Position numbers and translations under genes: made by a program. A DNA stretch of 64,000 nucleotides, from contig JBDLKA010000006.1 of the NCBI GenBank assembly GCA_039714075.1, positions 16,800-80,799 on the forward strand, written 5' to 3'. Positions 47,964-58,119 of the stretch are shown in pieces. Under the pieces are notes generated by a model. It saw only the letters and a list, made by a program, of their open reading frames with translations, ran no database searches and was not told the DNA's origin. Origin of the DNA: Candidatus Krumholzibacteriota bacterium (lineage in GTDB: Bacteria; Krumholzibacteriota; Krumholzibacteriia; LZORAL124-64-63). Position 1 is the first letter of the stretch, and the number at the start of each line of letters is the position of its first letter.

Positions 47964-50363
47964 TTATCTCCCACCCGCACCCAGGCGGGCCCGGGCGACC
48001 GCAGCCTGTCCCAAAGCGACCGCGCCGTCGTTGGCCGGGACCCGGGCGGGGCGGTGGACCGTAAAACCGTCTTCACGCAAACTGCGGGTCGTTCCGCTCA
48101 GCAGGATCTCGTTCTGGAATACGCCGCCGCCCAGGACCACGTCCCTGATTCCGGTCCGGGCGGAGGCTTCCCGGGCCGCGGCCGCGAACAGGTCGATGAG
48201 GGTCCGGTGGAACCGTGTGCTGATTTCGGCCGGCGGGGCGCCGGTGCCCAGGGCCTCGACAACCCCCCTTATGATGGGGATCACTGGAACATTGAACCCG
48301 TCAACCTCTTTGGATTCAACGGATTGCCAGGAAGATGCCCCCCGGGGGGCATCCACGGACAAAGGCGCGGCAAAGGGCAAGGCCGCGGCGACTTCGTCAC
48401 AGCTGGTCAGGGCCATCATCTCGATGGCTGCCTGGGCCTCGTAGCGGGCCTCGAGCCAGCCGCCGGTCAGGGCGGCCACGGCGTCGAACAGGCGGCCGCA
48501 GCTGCTGGTCACCGGGGAGTTCACTCCTTTGTCCAGCATCTCCAACACCGCGGCCACGGGCAGATCATCCATCCACGGCAGTTTCGGCAGGTCATCCCCG
48601 TAGGCATGCCGCAGGTAGCTGACGGCCGTGCGCCAGGGTGCGCGGATCGCCGCGTCGCCCCCCGGCAGGGGAACGGGGTCAAGATGGCCCACGCGCCGAA
48701 AATCCGTCAGGTTTCCGGCCAGGATCTCCCCGCCCCAGATGGTGCCGTCGGTCCCGAACCCGGTGCCGTCCATGATCAGGCCGATCACCGCGTCGGTCAG
48801 CCCGTGCTCGGCCATGACGGCAGCCATGTGGGCGTGGTGGTGCTGGACCGGCATCAGGGTCACCCCCGCCTCTGCCTGCTCCTTGGCCCACCGCGTGCTG
48901 AAGTAGCCGGGATGAAGGTCGTGGGCGATCACCCGGGGCTCGCACTCCAGGACATCCTGCAAGGTGGCCACCGTCTCGGTGAAGAATTCGAACGCCTGCA
49001 GATTTTCCAGGTCGCCGATGTGGGGGCTGAGAAAGGCCCGGTCTTCCTTCAACAGGCAGACGGTGTTCTTCAGCTCGGGTCCGGCCGCGAGGATGTCGGG
49101 ACCTTGTCCGCCGCCTTCCAGGTGCACCGGCACCGGCGCGTGGCCGCGGCTGCGCCGGAACAGAAGCGGTTCCCCGTCCAGGTCCTGGATCACCGAATCG
49201 TCCGCCCGGCGTACGATGTCCCGGTCGTGCAGCAGCCAGGAATCGGCGATTCCCTGCAGCCGGGTGGTTGCCTCCTCGTTGCCCAGGCAGATGGGCTCGT
49301 CGCTGGCGTTGCCGCTGGTCATGACCAGGGCCTCGACGCCACGGGCCCGCAGCTTGTCGAATAACAGATGGTGCAGGGGAGTGTACGGCAGCATGACTCC
49401 CAGGCGCCGGTGCCCGGCCGCGACCGAGGGGGCCGCCAGCTGGCCGCCGTCGTTTTTTTCCACCAGCACGATGGGGGCCCGTGCCGAAGTCAGCAGTTCC
49501 TCCGCGGCCTGGTCGAAAACGCCCAGCAACCGCGCGGATTCCAGGTTTCCGGCCATGACCGCCAGGGGCTTGGCTTCGCGGTTCTTGCGCCGGCGCAGGC
49601 GCGCGACGGCTTTTTCATCGTCCGCCCTGACGGCCAGATGGAAACCGCCCAGACCCTTGATCGCCAGGATCCGGCCGACGGCCAGCAGTCCCGCCGCCGC
49701 TTCCAGGGGATCGGTGCGGCCGGGGACAACGCCGCCGTCGTCTTCCAGCCACACGCGTGGCCCGCACTCCGGACAGGCGTTGGGTTGCGCGTGAAAGCGG
49801 CGGTCGCCGGGATCGTCGTATTCGGCCTGGCACACCGGACACATGGTGAACGGGGCCATGGAGGTATGGGGTCGGTCGTAGGGGATGCGGCCGATGATGG
49901 TCCACCGGGGCCCGCAGTTGGTGCAGTTGGTGAAGGAGTATCCGCAACGCCTGTCTTCGGGATCGCGGATTTCGGCCAGGCAGTCGTCGCAGGTGGCCAC
50001 GTCGAAGGGGATCAGGGTGCGGGTTCCGGGCGCGTCGACCGAGGCCCGGATTTCGAATTTACCCGCGAATACACCCGTGAATACACTCGCGAATCCCTCC
50101 GCGCCGGCTTCGGCTTCCATCACCTCAACGGCCACCGCCACGATGTCCGCCAGGGGCGGCGCTTCGGCGGTCAACCGGGCGACGAAGCGGTCCAGCGCCT
50201 CGTCCGGCCCCTGGATTTCGATGACCACGCCTTCGCTGGTGTTGGTGACGAACCCCCCCAACCCCTCGTCGCGCGCCAGGTTGTAGACGAAGGGACGGAA
50301 CCCAACGCCCTGGACGATACCGTCGACCAGCAGCCTGCGACGAAGGAGCGGGGAAGAGGTCAT
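47964..50363 (-). CDS. hypF: Carbamoyltransferase HypF
   Basis: [15 protein letters not shown]...CTNCGPR, CPVC...[21 protein letters not shown]. Confidence 0.97.
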   Translation of the reverse strand: MTSSPLLRRRLLVDGIVQGVGFRPFVYNLARDEGLGGFVTNTSEGVVIEIQGPDEALDRFVARLTAEAPPLADIVAVAVEVMEAEAGAEGFASVFTGVFAGKFEIRASVDAPGTRTLIPFDVATCDDCLAEIRDPEDRRCGYSFTNCTNCGPRWTIIGRIPYDRPHTSMAPFTMCPVCQAEYDDPGDRRFHAQPNACPECGPRVWLEDDGGVVPGRTDPLEAAAGLLAVGRILAIKGLGGFHLAVRADDEKAVARLRRRKNREAKPLAVMAGNLESARLLGVFDQAAEELLTSARAPIVLVEKNDGGQLAAPSVAAGHRRLGVMLPYTPLHHLLFDKLRARGVEALVMTSGNASDEPICLGNEEATTRLQGIADSWLLHDRDIVRRADDSVIQDLDGEPLLFRRSRGHAPVPVHLEGGGQGPDILAAGPELKNTVCLLKEDRAFLSPHIGDLENLQAFEFFTETVATLQDVLECEPRVIAHDLHPGYFSTRWAKEQAEAGVTLMPVQHHHAHMAAVMAEHGLTDAVIGLIMDGTGFGTDGTIWGGEILAGNLTDFRRVGHLDPVPLPGGDAAIRAPWRTAVSYLRHAYGDDLPKLPWMDDLPVAAVLEMLDKGVNSPVTSSCGRLFDAVAALTGGWLEARYEAQAAIEMMALTSCDEVAAALPFAAPLSVDAPRGASSWQSVESKEVDGFNVPVIPIIRGVVEALGTGAPPAEISTRFHRTLIDLFAAAAREASARTGIRDVVLGGGVFQNEILLSGTTRSLREDGFTVHRPARVPANDGAVALGQAAVARARLGAGGR
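50055..50102. repeat. 4 x 12-bp tandem repeat inside hypF
   Basis: GAATTTACCCGC GAATACACCCGT GAATACACTCGC GAATCCCTCCGC, encoding [16 protein letters not shown]. Confidence 0.75.
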
Positions 50364-51208
50364 GATCCGGCCCGGCGACTCCCCAACTGGTCCTTCAACC
50401 AATCGTACCACTGGTCCAGGCCTTCGCCTGTGGTGGCGGACACGCGGTGGAACGCGAGCCGGGGATTCACCGACCGCGCAGCCTGTTCACACTTGTCCAC
50501 GTCGAAGTCCACGTAGGGCAGCAGGTCGATCTTGTTGATCAGGCACAGGTCCGCCGCGGCGAACATGGTGGGGTATTTGAGGGGTTTGTCGTCGCCTTCG
50601 GTGACGCTGATGATCACGACCTTGGCGGCCTCGCCCAGGTCGAACATGGCGGGGCAGACCAGGTTGCCCACGTTTTCGATCATCAGGCACGAGCCGTCGG
50701 CGGGCGCCAGTTCGTCACAGGCCCGCCGGATCATCCGCGCGTCCAGATGGCAACCCTTGCCGGTGTTGACCTGGATCACCGGCGCGCCGGTGGCGGCGAT
50801 GCGGTCCGCGTCGTTCAGCGTCTGCTGGTCGCCTTCGATGACCGCAACGGCGACCTCGTCCTTCAGTGCGGTGATGGTGCGTTCGAGCACCGTCGTTTTA
50901 CCCGACCCCGGCGAGGAAACCAGGTTCAGCGCGAGAATGCCCTTGGCCTCGAACCAGCCGCGGTTCCGTTGGGCCAGCAGGTTGTTCTGCTGCAGGATGT
51001 CGGCTTCGACCTGCAGCGTGCGCGAGGCCCCTTGTTCATGAAGATCAGGGGAATGATCATGATGGTGATGGTTGTGATCGTGGTGATCGTGCGCCTCGCC
51101 GTGATCGTGATGATGATCATGATGATGGTCGTGATGATGCCCGGATTCGCCGGGTTTGCGGAAGGTCACCGCCTCGGGGGGTTGGTTGCAGCCGCAGGTG
51201 TCACACAT
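50360..51208 (-). CDS. hypB: Hydrogenase nickel-insertion GTPase HypB (His-rich)
   Basis: MCDTCGC, poly-His linker, [29 protein letters not shown]. Confidence 0.97.
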   Translation of the reverse strand: MCDTCGCNQPPEAVTFRKPGESGHHHDHHHDHHHDHGEAHDHHDHNHHHHDHSPDLHEQGASRTLQVEADILQQNNLLAQRNRGWFEAKGILALNLVSSPGSGKTTVLERTITALKDEVAVAVIEGDQQTLNDADRIAATGAPVIQVNTGKGCHLDARMIRRACDELAPADGSCLMIENVGNLVCPAMFDLGEAAKVVIISVTEGDDKPLKYPTMFAAADLCLINKIDLLPYVDFDVDKCEQAARSVNPRLAFHRVSATTGEGLDQWYDWLKDQLGSRRAGS

Positions 51209-51237
51209 GTCGCACTCCCGGTTGGTTCAGGTTCGAT

Positions 51238-51579
51238 TCAATCCACGTTGAGCGAACGGACCTTCAACTCCTTGCCCTGCAGGATTTCCAGCAGCGCCTG
51301 TCCGCAGTTCGGACAGACGGCCATGAAAAAATCCATCGCCACGTCGCGGTCGCAATCAGGGCAGTGTCCGCGGCCGGGAATTTCATGGATCACCAGCTCC
51401 GCGGTCTCGGCGAGCGTGCCGCGGCGGGCCGTTTCGAAGCAGAATTCCAGCGCCGGAATTTCCACTCCGGCCAGTCCGCCGACTTCGATTTCGACGGCGT
51501 TGATGACCCGGGCACCGGCCGCTCGCGCCTCTTTCTCCGCGATGTCCAGGATCCCGGCGACGATGGACATCTCATGCAT
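51238..51579 (-). CDS. hypA: Hydrogenase nickel-insertion protein HypA
   Basis: MHEMSI, CPDC, CPNC, GKELKV. Confidence 0.96.
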   Translation of the reverse strand: MHEMSIVAGILDIAEKEARAAGARVINAVEIEVGGLAGVEIPALEFCFETARRGTLAETAELVIHEIPGRGHCPDCDRDVAMDFFMAVCPNCGQALLEILQGKELKVRSLNVD

Positions 51580-51581
51580 GG

Positions 51582-52301
51582 TTACAACCCGAGGAAGCGG
51601 ATGGCAAGGCCGCTGCCGAGAATGGCGGTGCCCGCGATGACGTGAGTATAGCGTTCGATCCGCTGCATGGGAATCAGCCTGATGCCGCGTTGCGCCAGGA
51701 AGACCATCAGCAGCATGGTGGCGATGGTCACCACGGCGAAGATGCCCGTCACCAGAACCATGCCGGCAATGCTGTTGGTGGCCGCGGGGTACATCAGGAT
51801 GGGAATGAGCGGTTCGCAGGGGCCCAGTACGAAAATCACGAAAAGGGCCCAGGGGGTGAGGCTACGGCCCGGTCCGGAATTCCGGTCGTGCACGTGGGAA
51901 TGTTCATGATGGTGGCTGTGATGGTGGCTGTGGGCCGTGCCGTCGGCATGCCGGTGCACGTGGGTGTGGGGGCGGTCCCGCAGGGCCTTGCGCAGGCCCC
52001 ACACGGCGTAGACCAGGCCGAAGCTGATCAAAAGCCAGGCCGCGATGTCCCCGCGAACGCCCTCGATGATGTTCAGACTTCCGACCGCCAGTCCCAGACC
52101 GATGCCGACCAGGCCCAGCACCACCGAACCGAGAACATGACCTATCCCACAGAGGGTGGTGACGCCCAGGGTGCGGCCCAGGGACCAGTTGCGGGCTTTG
52201 CCGATGACGATGAAGGGCAGGTAGTGATCCGGGCCGGTCAGGGTGTGGACGAAACCGATGGTTGCCGCCGTGGCTGCCAGGACGCCGAGTTCCGAACCCA
52301 T
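51582..52301 (-). CDS. His-rich nickel/cobalt transporter (UreH/RcnA/NiCoT-like)
   Basis: HTLTGPDHY, GHVLGS, HTHVHRH...HSHHHSHHHEHSH loop, LGPCEPL; first gene of hypABF. Confidence 0.75.
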   Translation of the reverse strand: MGSELGVLAATAATIGFVHTLTGPDHYLPFIVIGKARNWSLGRTLGVTTLCGIGHVLGSVVLGLVGIGLGLAVGSLNIIEGVRGDIAAWLLISFGLVYAVWGLRKALRDRPHTHVHRHADGTAHSHHHSHHHEHSHVHDRNSGPGRSLTPWALFVIFVLGPCEPLIPILMYPAATNSIAGMVLVTGIFAVVTIATMLLMVFLAQRGIRLIPMQRIERYTHVIAGTAILGSGLAIRFLGL

Positions 52302-52332
52302 GTCACCCTCCGGGTAAATGCCTGCAAATCAA

Positions 52333-52350
52333 TATGACAAAAATATAACA
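52333..52350 (-). promoter_or_regulatory. Direct-repeat operator (PhoB/OmpR-box-like)
   Basis: Minus strand TGTTATA-TTTT-TGTCATA, 11-bp period, about 30 nt before the Ni transporter start. Confidence 0.4.
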
Positions 52351-52430
52351 GGTTCCGGGTCCCGGACCAAGAAGAAAGCGTTTGGTGGATGATTTGGAGG
52401 ATATATTAAGGAACCAGCCGGTATTATTGA

Positions 52431-52640
52431 GGGAAAAACCGGGCCGATTGGATTGGTAACCCTCGCCCAAAAGTTACCAGCAGGTGGCCCGGTTTTCCCG
52501 ATGTATATTTTTTTTCAACCCAGTCGGTAGCGTCATCAAAACCTGATGATTCGAATTGAAATACAGGTTGAAATTTTTCCCGTTTGTTTTTTGCGACGCT
52601 ACCGACCCACCGGAGTCGGAATCTCCCTCGCTACTCCCGT
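52431..52640 (-). ncRNA. Candidate structured non-coding RNA / leader
   Basis: Two nested hairpin domains (52431-52499, 52523-52606) in an intergenic region lacking a credible ORF; strand inferred from flanking genes. Confidence 0.35.
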
Positions 52641-52762
52641 ATATGTATAAAGGTCATGAGACGGCGATTTGGTTACACTCCCCGCAGCATTTTCTTCATT
52701 TTTTTTGGAGAAATTTTGATTATTACAAACAGGGCGGAAAAAACCTGTGAATAGTTTAAAAC

Positions 52763-53257
52763 CTAAGTCAATTCCTCAAATACACCCGCGTCCCGATTCT
52801 TTCTGACGTTGTCCCAGGTGAAATATCGGCCGTTCATGGCGATGTAGACACCCGCGGGAAGGCTTTGGGCGAAGGCCAGGGCGCTGCCGAGATTGAAAAG
52901 TCCGTCGCTGCTGCCGAAAGCGTAGGGGATCATCGCTCCGGTCAGCACGATGGTCTTGTCGGTGATGTTCTCCCCCAAAAGGCGGGCGGTGGTTTCCATG
53001 GTATCGGTGCCGTGGGTGATGACGATGCGGTCGGGACCGCACTTGCGGCACTGGCCGAGAACGACCTGGCGGTCCTCGTCGTCCATGTCCAGGCTGTCGA
53101 TCATCATCAGGGTGCGGATTTCCACGTCCAGCAGGCAGCGGCCCAGCTTGAGCATGTCGCGCAGGTGGGTGTCCTTGAAGTAGAGGCTGCCGCCCAGTTC
53201 GTCGTATTCCTTGTCGAAGGTGCCGCCGGTGACGAAGAGGCGGATCGGATCGGACAT
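52763..53257 (-). CDS. Asparaginase N-terminal-domain-only protein
   Basis: VTGGTFDK, ITHGTDTM, LTGAMIP. Confidence 0.88.
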   Translation of the reverse strand: MSDPIRLFVTGGTFDKEYDELGGSLYFKDTHLRDMLKLGRCLLDVEIRTLMMIDSLDMDDEDRQVVLGQCRKCGPDRIVITHGTDTMETTARLLGENITDKTIVLTGAMIPYAFGSSDGLFNLGSALAFAQSLPAGVYIAMNGRYFTWDNVRKNRDAGVFEELT

Positions 53258-53267
53258 GGCGCTTCCT

Positions 53268-55130
53268 TTATTCCACTTCAAGCTGCAGGACGGTTCCGAA
53301 ATCACCGACGGCGATCAGGGAATTCGTATCGACGAACGCGGCGGCATGAAGGGTGTTCCAGGTTTCGGTGTCCTTCTTGACCCAGGTGATGCCGCCGTTC
53401 TGGGTTAAATAAATCGCATGAGGGTATCCAAGCACCTGTCCCCTGAATTCGTCAAAGAACGAAATGCTGCTGAAACCGTCCACATTGAACTTGTTCTGGG
53501 TCCAGGTCAATCCCGCGTCCACGGTCCTCATGACCAGACCCCGGTCGCCCACTGCATAACACCTTCCGTTACCGACATAGCAGATACTTCGGATATCTTC
53601 AGTGACAAAGGTGTCCACCTCACTCCATGTGAATCCGCCGTCGGCGGTGCGCAGGTTTGCTCCCGATCTGCCGACGGCGAATCCGATGTCGGGTTCCATG
53701 AATACGACGGCCGTCAGCTTTGTGCCTAGGTGGTCATTATTTTTTTCCCAGGTGTTGCCGCCATCGGCGGTGAAATAGATTTCGCCTAATTCGCCGACGG
53801 CCAGGCCGGACTCGGTGTCCAGAAACGAAACATCCACAATGTTGGAGACGAACCCCGAAAACTGCGTAATCCAGTTTTGGCCCGCGTCGGAGGTGTGAAG
53901 GATCAGGTCATCATTTCCGACCGCCCAGCCATTCTGATCATCCACGAAATCAATGCCGGTAAGATTATTCGTTGTCCCGGCTTCCACTTCGGTCCAGGTG
54001 GCGCCGCCATCGATCGTTCTCATAATGGTCCCCAAAGCTCCCACCGCACAGCCAATGCTTTCGTCGGCAAAGTCCACGTCAAACAACAGGGCGCTCGTGC
54101 CCCGGGAAAGCCTGGCCCAGGTTCCCCCTCCGTCCGCGGTCTGGTACATCAGCCCGCCATCGCCCACGGCGACGCCGAATCTGCCGTCCTTGATGAATCC
54201 CCCGTGCAGAGAATGCTGTTTCGTGTGTTCAAGCTGGACGGTCCAGTTTTGACCGCCGTCCGTTGTCCGGAATATGCCTCCCATGGTTCCGCCCACGATA
54301 AGTCCGTTGTCCGGACCGTTGAAACCCACCTGGGCCAGGCTTCCCCATTCACCATGCGATTGGGTTTCCCAGGTAGCCCCTCCGTCCATGGTGCGCAGAA
54401 TGGTCCCCTGATCCCCGACGACGGTGCCGATATTCGCGTCGACAAAGGAAACATCCCGCAAGGTCAGATTGGTACCCGTGGGCTGAGGGGTCCAGGTCAT
54501 CCCGCCGTCGGAGGTTGCGACCACCCAACCCGAAGTGCCGACCGCAACGCCATGGTCCGCATCAACCATGGAGATTCCATTGAGATGATTGGACCACTCG
54601 GTCTCACGGGTCTCCCAGTTGAGGCCGCCGTCGATGGTCCACAGGATGGTTCCGGCCGCACCCACGACGACTCCGGTCAGGTCATCGAGAAAGTGGACAT
54701 CCTTCAGATCCTGGTAGGAGTTGCTGGTCTGCTTTTCCCAGGATGCCCCGCCGTTGGTGGTCCTGAAAATCAGCCCCCTGTCGCCGACGATGGTTCCGGT
54801 TTCCGTATCGGTGAAACAAACGTTTCTCAGGGATTTATCGGTACCGGAGTCCTGGGTTTCCCAGGTTGTCCCGCCATCATTGGTGCGCAGGATGGTGCCG
54901 AAGGCTCCCACCATGGTGATCGTGACCGAATCAGCCATGGAAGCGCCGAAAAGGTGATCCCCCTGGGGCAGCGGGTTCCGCCAGGACCACTTGAATACAT
55001 GTTCTGTCACAGGGGTGGGAAGTGGAGGGTCGGTGGCGTCGCTGGAACAGCCGAAAAGAAAAAAGGCGTATCCAGCCAACAATAGAAGGGCAAATGGTCC
55101 AGCCGGGTTGTAAAAAAATTTACGCATCAT
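53268..55130 (-). CDS. YCF48-like BNR/Asp-box repeat lipoprotein (beta-propeller)
   Basis: Lipobox LFGC; WRNPLPQG; many VGxxGxIxxTxDGGxTW repeats. Confidence 0.88.
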   Translation of the reverse strand: MMRKFFYNPAGPFALLLLAGYAFFLFGCSSDATDPPLPTPVTEHVFKWSWRNPLPQGDHLFGASMADSVTITMVGAFGTILRTNDGGTTWETQDSGTDKSLRNVCFTDTETGTIVGDRGLIFRTTNGGASWEKQTSNSYQDLKDVHFLDDLTGVVVGAAGTILWTIDGGLNWETRETEWSNHLNGISMVDADHGVAVGTSGWVVATSDGGMTWTPQPTGTNLTLRDVSFVDANIGTVVGDQGTILRTMDGGATWETQSHGEWGSLAQVGFNGPDNGLIVGGTMGGIFRTTDGGQNWTVQLEHTKQHSLHGGFIKDGRFGVAVGDGGLMYQTADGGGTWARLSRGTSALLFDVDFADESIGCAVGALGTIMRTIDGGATWTEVEAGTTNNLTGIDFVDDQNGWAVGNDDLILHTSDAGQNWITQFSGFVSNIVDVSFLDTESGLAVGELGEIYFTADGGNTWEKNNDHLGTKLTAVVFMEPDIGFAVGRSGANLRTADGGFTWSEVDTFVTEDIRSICYVGNGRCYAVGDRGLVMRTVDAGLTWTQNKFNVDGFSSISFFDEFRGQVLGYPHAIYLTQNGGITWVKKDTETWNTLHAAAFVDTNSLIAVGDFGTVLQLEVE

Positions 55131-55178
55131 TTCCCTCTTTGGAGTCCGGGGCAAACCGGGAATCATGATTTCCGAATT

Positions 55179-55814
55179 TCAAATAACAACAATCAACCTC
55201 TCCCCGGCAAGCGAAGAATGCCGGTAGATCAGTAGGCGATAGTCGAAACCGTCATTGCGACGCCAGGCCTGGGTGATTTCGCCGCCCCAGGCCGAGCCCA
55301 CGGGATCCGGATCCGGTGCGGCGTTGGCGGTCAGGAGCCGGAAAGCCTCGGGAAAGCTGTCGGCCTGTTTCCTGAGGATGTGGGTCATGAACGAGACCAT
55401 TCCCGCATTGATGACATCCCCTTCCTGGTTGATCAGGATGGTCACCACCTGGTCGGTATCGGCCGGGATGTCGGCGCGCAGGCGGTCCCCGATGGCCAGC
55501 GAGTGGTCCGGCCGCCCCCCGATCTGCCGCAGGATCTCGCCATAGGGTTTGCCCACGGGGTTGCCCAGGTCGCCGAAAACCGCTTCCAGGTGGGGCAGGA
55601 TCTCGAAGCCGGCCAAAAAGCCGCGGGCCGAGGCCGAACCGTCGCCGGTGGTGACGACCAGCCGGAAATGCCGGGCCAGTTCGGGAAGGTACTCGTCGAA
55701 GCCGGGCAGGGGCTGGGGCCGGCCGGTCAGCGGATCGTACGGAATCAGGGTTCCGGCCATGTCCCACAGCATGACGGCGGTCCGGTTGTCGGGCTGGTGG
55801 GGATCTGACGACAT
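55179..55814 (-). CDS. HAD-superfamily hydrolase-like protein
   Basis: LWDMAGTL, VVTT, KP, IGDRLRADI. Confidence 0.7.
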   Translation of the reverse strand: MSSDPHQPDNRTAVMLWDMAGTLIPYDPLTGRPQPLPGFDEYLPELARHFRLVVTTGDGSASARGFLAGFEILPHLEAVFGDLGNPVGKPYGEILRQIGGRPDHSLAIGDRLRADIPADTDQVVTILINQEGDVINAGMVSFMTHILRKQADSFPEAFRLLTANAAPDPDPVGSAWGGEITQAWRRNDGFDYRLLIYRHSSLAGERLIVVI

Positions 55815-55972
55815 GGACAGGCTTTCAGGTTGCGGTTAAGTCCGATTCAGGCTTGTATGTTAGGGGATTAACATAACACACAAAAATGATTCCAAGGTAC
55901 ACTGACGCGGGGGCTTCGGTCCCCCATGTTAGCTGATGGGCTCCTAATTACCAACAGGGGGAGGACGAAATC

Positions 55973-57001
55973 ATGCGATTATTTTCCTGGTCCGGACGAC
56001 TTCCGGGATGGAGCAACGGCACGAGGGCGGGCGTCACGGCGATACTGATGGTGGGCCTGGTCCTGGCCGGATTCACCGGCGGCGCCCGGGCCGACACGCT
56101 GCAGCAGCTCATCGAACAGGTGGGTCCGGAGTACGCGGAAGCCTACGCGGCCCCGTTCATCCATTCCTTCGGTCCCAACCAGAATTCCAATCTCTACTCC
56201 ACCGCGGCCATTCCCTACGGGAAGCTGACCTTCGGTTTCGGGATCAAGGTGATGGGCACCCATCTGAACGAGGAAGACCAGACCTTCAGCAAAGTGGTCA
56301 AAATAGACAACCTGGGTGATTTTGATCCGGCACTGGAGGGGGTGTCCGGGACGGCGGTCATGTCCGGGCCCACGGTCTTCGGCAGCACGGCGGACGAGGA
56401 CATCGGCCAGGTCGATTTCTACGCCAACGGGGTCTATCTGGATTCCGTGGACGGCATCACGGGGTTCTGGGAAACACGCTGGGCGCCCCTGCCCGCGCCG
56501 GAGGCCTACATCGGCGGCATTGCGGGCTTCAAATTCACCCTGCGGTATCTGCCGACCATGTCTGTGGGGGATCTGGAAAACATATCGTACATGGGTTACG
56601 GCCTGCAGTGGAGCGCCAGTGGGGTGCTGAACAACTTCCCCGTGGACCTGATGGTGGGTTTCTTCCGTACGAGCCTCGATGTGGAGAATACCCAGGGCCT
56701 GGGCCAGGACAAGCTCTTCGATTCCGATGCCAATTCCTATTTCCTGGCCGTCAGCAAGAGTTGGCCGGCCCTGACCGTGTACACGGGCTTCGCCATCGAG
56801 GACTCGAAAATGGACGTGACCTATTACTACGATGACCCGGATTTTCCGGCCCTGACCCAGGAAGTAAATATCTCGGTGGACGGCCGCCAGAAAAGCCGGT
56901 TCACGGTCGGAGTCACCCTGGACTTCCTGCTGGAACTGAACGTGGAAGCCGGTTTCGGCGACCTGTCCACCTATTCGGCCGGCCTGATGTTCGGCTTCTG
57001 A
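55973..57001 (+). CDS. Outer-membrane protein (DUF6588-like)
   Basis: Signal peptide; YAAPFIHSFG...NSNLYSTA; PTVFG; LRYLP; terminal YSAGLMFGF. Confidence 0.7.
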   Translation: MRLFSWSGRLPGWSNGTRAGVTAILMVGLVLAGFTGGARADTLQQLIEQVGPEYAEAYAAPFIHSFGPNQNSNLYSTAAIPYGKLTFGFGIKVMGTHLNEEDQTFSKVVKIDNLGDFDPALEGVSGTAVMSGPTVFGSTADEDIGQVDFYANGVYLDSVDGITGFWETRWAPLPAPEAYIGGIAGFKFTLRYLPTMSVGDLENISYMGYGLQWSASGVLNNFPVDLMVGFFRTSLDVENTQGLGQDKLFDSDANSYFLAVSKSWPALTVYTGFAIEDSKMDVTYYYDDPDFPALTQEVNISVDGRQKSRFTVGVTLDFLLELNVEAGFGDLSTYSAGLMFGF

Positions 57002-57066
57002 TCGAGCACGGTGACAACCAACGGACCGCAACACGGAATCACCGGTCCTCGTGAAAGGATGAAATC

Positions 57067-57789
57067 ATGGAGCACAAAAAATTCATGTTTCGGGGGAGCG
57101 GAATCGGGGCTCTGCTGCTGCTGGTGGCCGGTGGCCTGATGCTGGCCGGTTGCGAAAGCGACGCGGTGGCCCCCCAGGACGAGCTGCCCCAGCTTACGGA
57201 ACAGGAAGCCGCCCAGCAGGCGGCCATCGTGGCGGTGGGCCTGGCCCAGGTGGGCCCTGAACTGCTGAAGTTCAGCGGGCTGAAATACGACCCCGAGGGC
57301 TTGGGGGTCTATCCCTACGAATTCCCTCCGGGGGGCGACATTACGGGTTCCATCATGCTGGAGTACTTCGACGGCGGGCCCGGGGGAATCCATTCCCACT
57401 GGGATGATGCCGACTACGGTCTTCTCTATTCCGCCGCGGGCGAGGTTCTGACCGCCGCCCTGGACATCGGGATAGGCGTCGATGTGATCGTGGGAATGAC
57501 CTTTTACCTCGCCGGTCCCATCAACCGGACGACCGACACGGCGACGGTCACCGGATCGGGAACCTTCACGATCCACGATGTGACCGATGGTTTCACGATC
57601 TCCGAGTTGGACCCGGTGGTCCTGTCCGGGGTGAGCACCTATCCCTCGGGTGGGATGCTGCTGTTCAACATCGACGGCATCGAACTGGTGGTTCTCTATG
57701 ACGGGGATGATACCGCCGCGGTGGCCATCGCGGAGGTCGTCACCTTCATGATCGACCTGGAAACAGGGGAAGTCACCCCGGTCACCTAG
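57067..57789 (+). CDS. Hypothetical lipoprotein
   Basis: Lipobox LAGC; acidic beta-rich sequence; YPSGG motif. Confidence 0.75.
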   Translation: MEHKKFMFRGSGIGALLLLVAGGLMLAGCESDAVAPQDELPQLTEQEAAQQAAIVAVGLAQVGPELLKFSGLKYDPEGLGVYPYEFPPGGDITGSIMLEYFDGGPGGIHSHWDDADYGLLYSAAGEVLTAALDIGIGVDVIVGMTFYLAGPINRTTDTATVTGSGTFTIHDVTDGFTISELDPVVLSGVSTYPSGGMLLFNIDGIELVVLYDGDDTAAVAIAEVVTFMIDLETGEVTPVT

Positions 57790-57815
57790 CAGGTTGTTCA
57801 AAACGGCAACACGTT

Positions 57816-58119
57816 CCAGTGCCAAAAAACTAGGCGGAGCCCTCCTGGGCTCCGCCTCTCTCCGCTATGTCCGAACCGCTCCAGCCCGGTTCCTTCCTGC
57901 ATCCGGACCGGACCCTGGCTTTCGCCCTGAGTCGCTGGTCCGGCCTGGAGCCTGCGCCCGACACGACTTTGCGCTGCCTGTGATTCAGGGCAGACGGTCG
58001 GTCCCGGGTCAGGTTCCGGTTCGGTGGCTCCGCTTCCGCTCGAACCATTCCGTATTCTAAGGCTAAATTTCCTTATCACAAGGTCCGTTTTGGGCCGGGC
58101 GCGGGGGTTTTGGCATTGG
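57816..58119. repeat. ~300-bp multi-hairpin palindromic element
   Basis: Terminal CCAGTGCCAAAA / TTTTGGCATTGG; perfect 11-bp stem AGGCGGAGCCC-TCCT-GGGCTCCGCCT; further internal stems. Confidence 0.5.

Noticed and set aside
51050..51140. TGA/TGG/TCG trinucleotide-like repeats
   Set aside because: Encodes the ordinary poly-His linker of HypB on the minus strand
52431..52640. Retron msr/msd, 6S RNA or NiCo riboswitch identity for the structured region
   Set aside because: No reverse transcriptase nearby and no consensus of those families recognisable by eye; kept only as an unclassified candidate
52556..52750. 64-aa ORF in the AT-rich intergenic region
   Set aside because: TTG start with no RBS, atypical codon usage, no motif
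53300..54950. Periodic repeats that might suggest a CRISPR or DNA repeat array
   Set aside because: Protein-level BNR/Asp-box repeats with divergent nucleotides; no constant repeat-spacer structure and no cas genes
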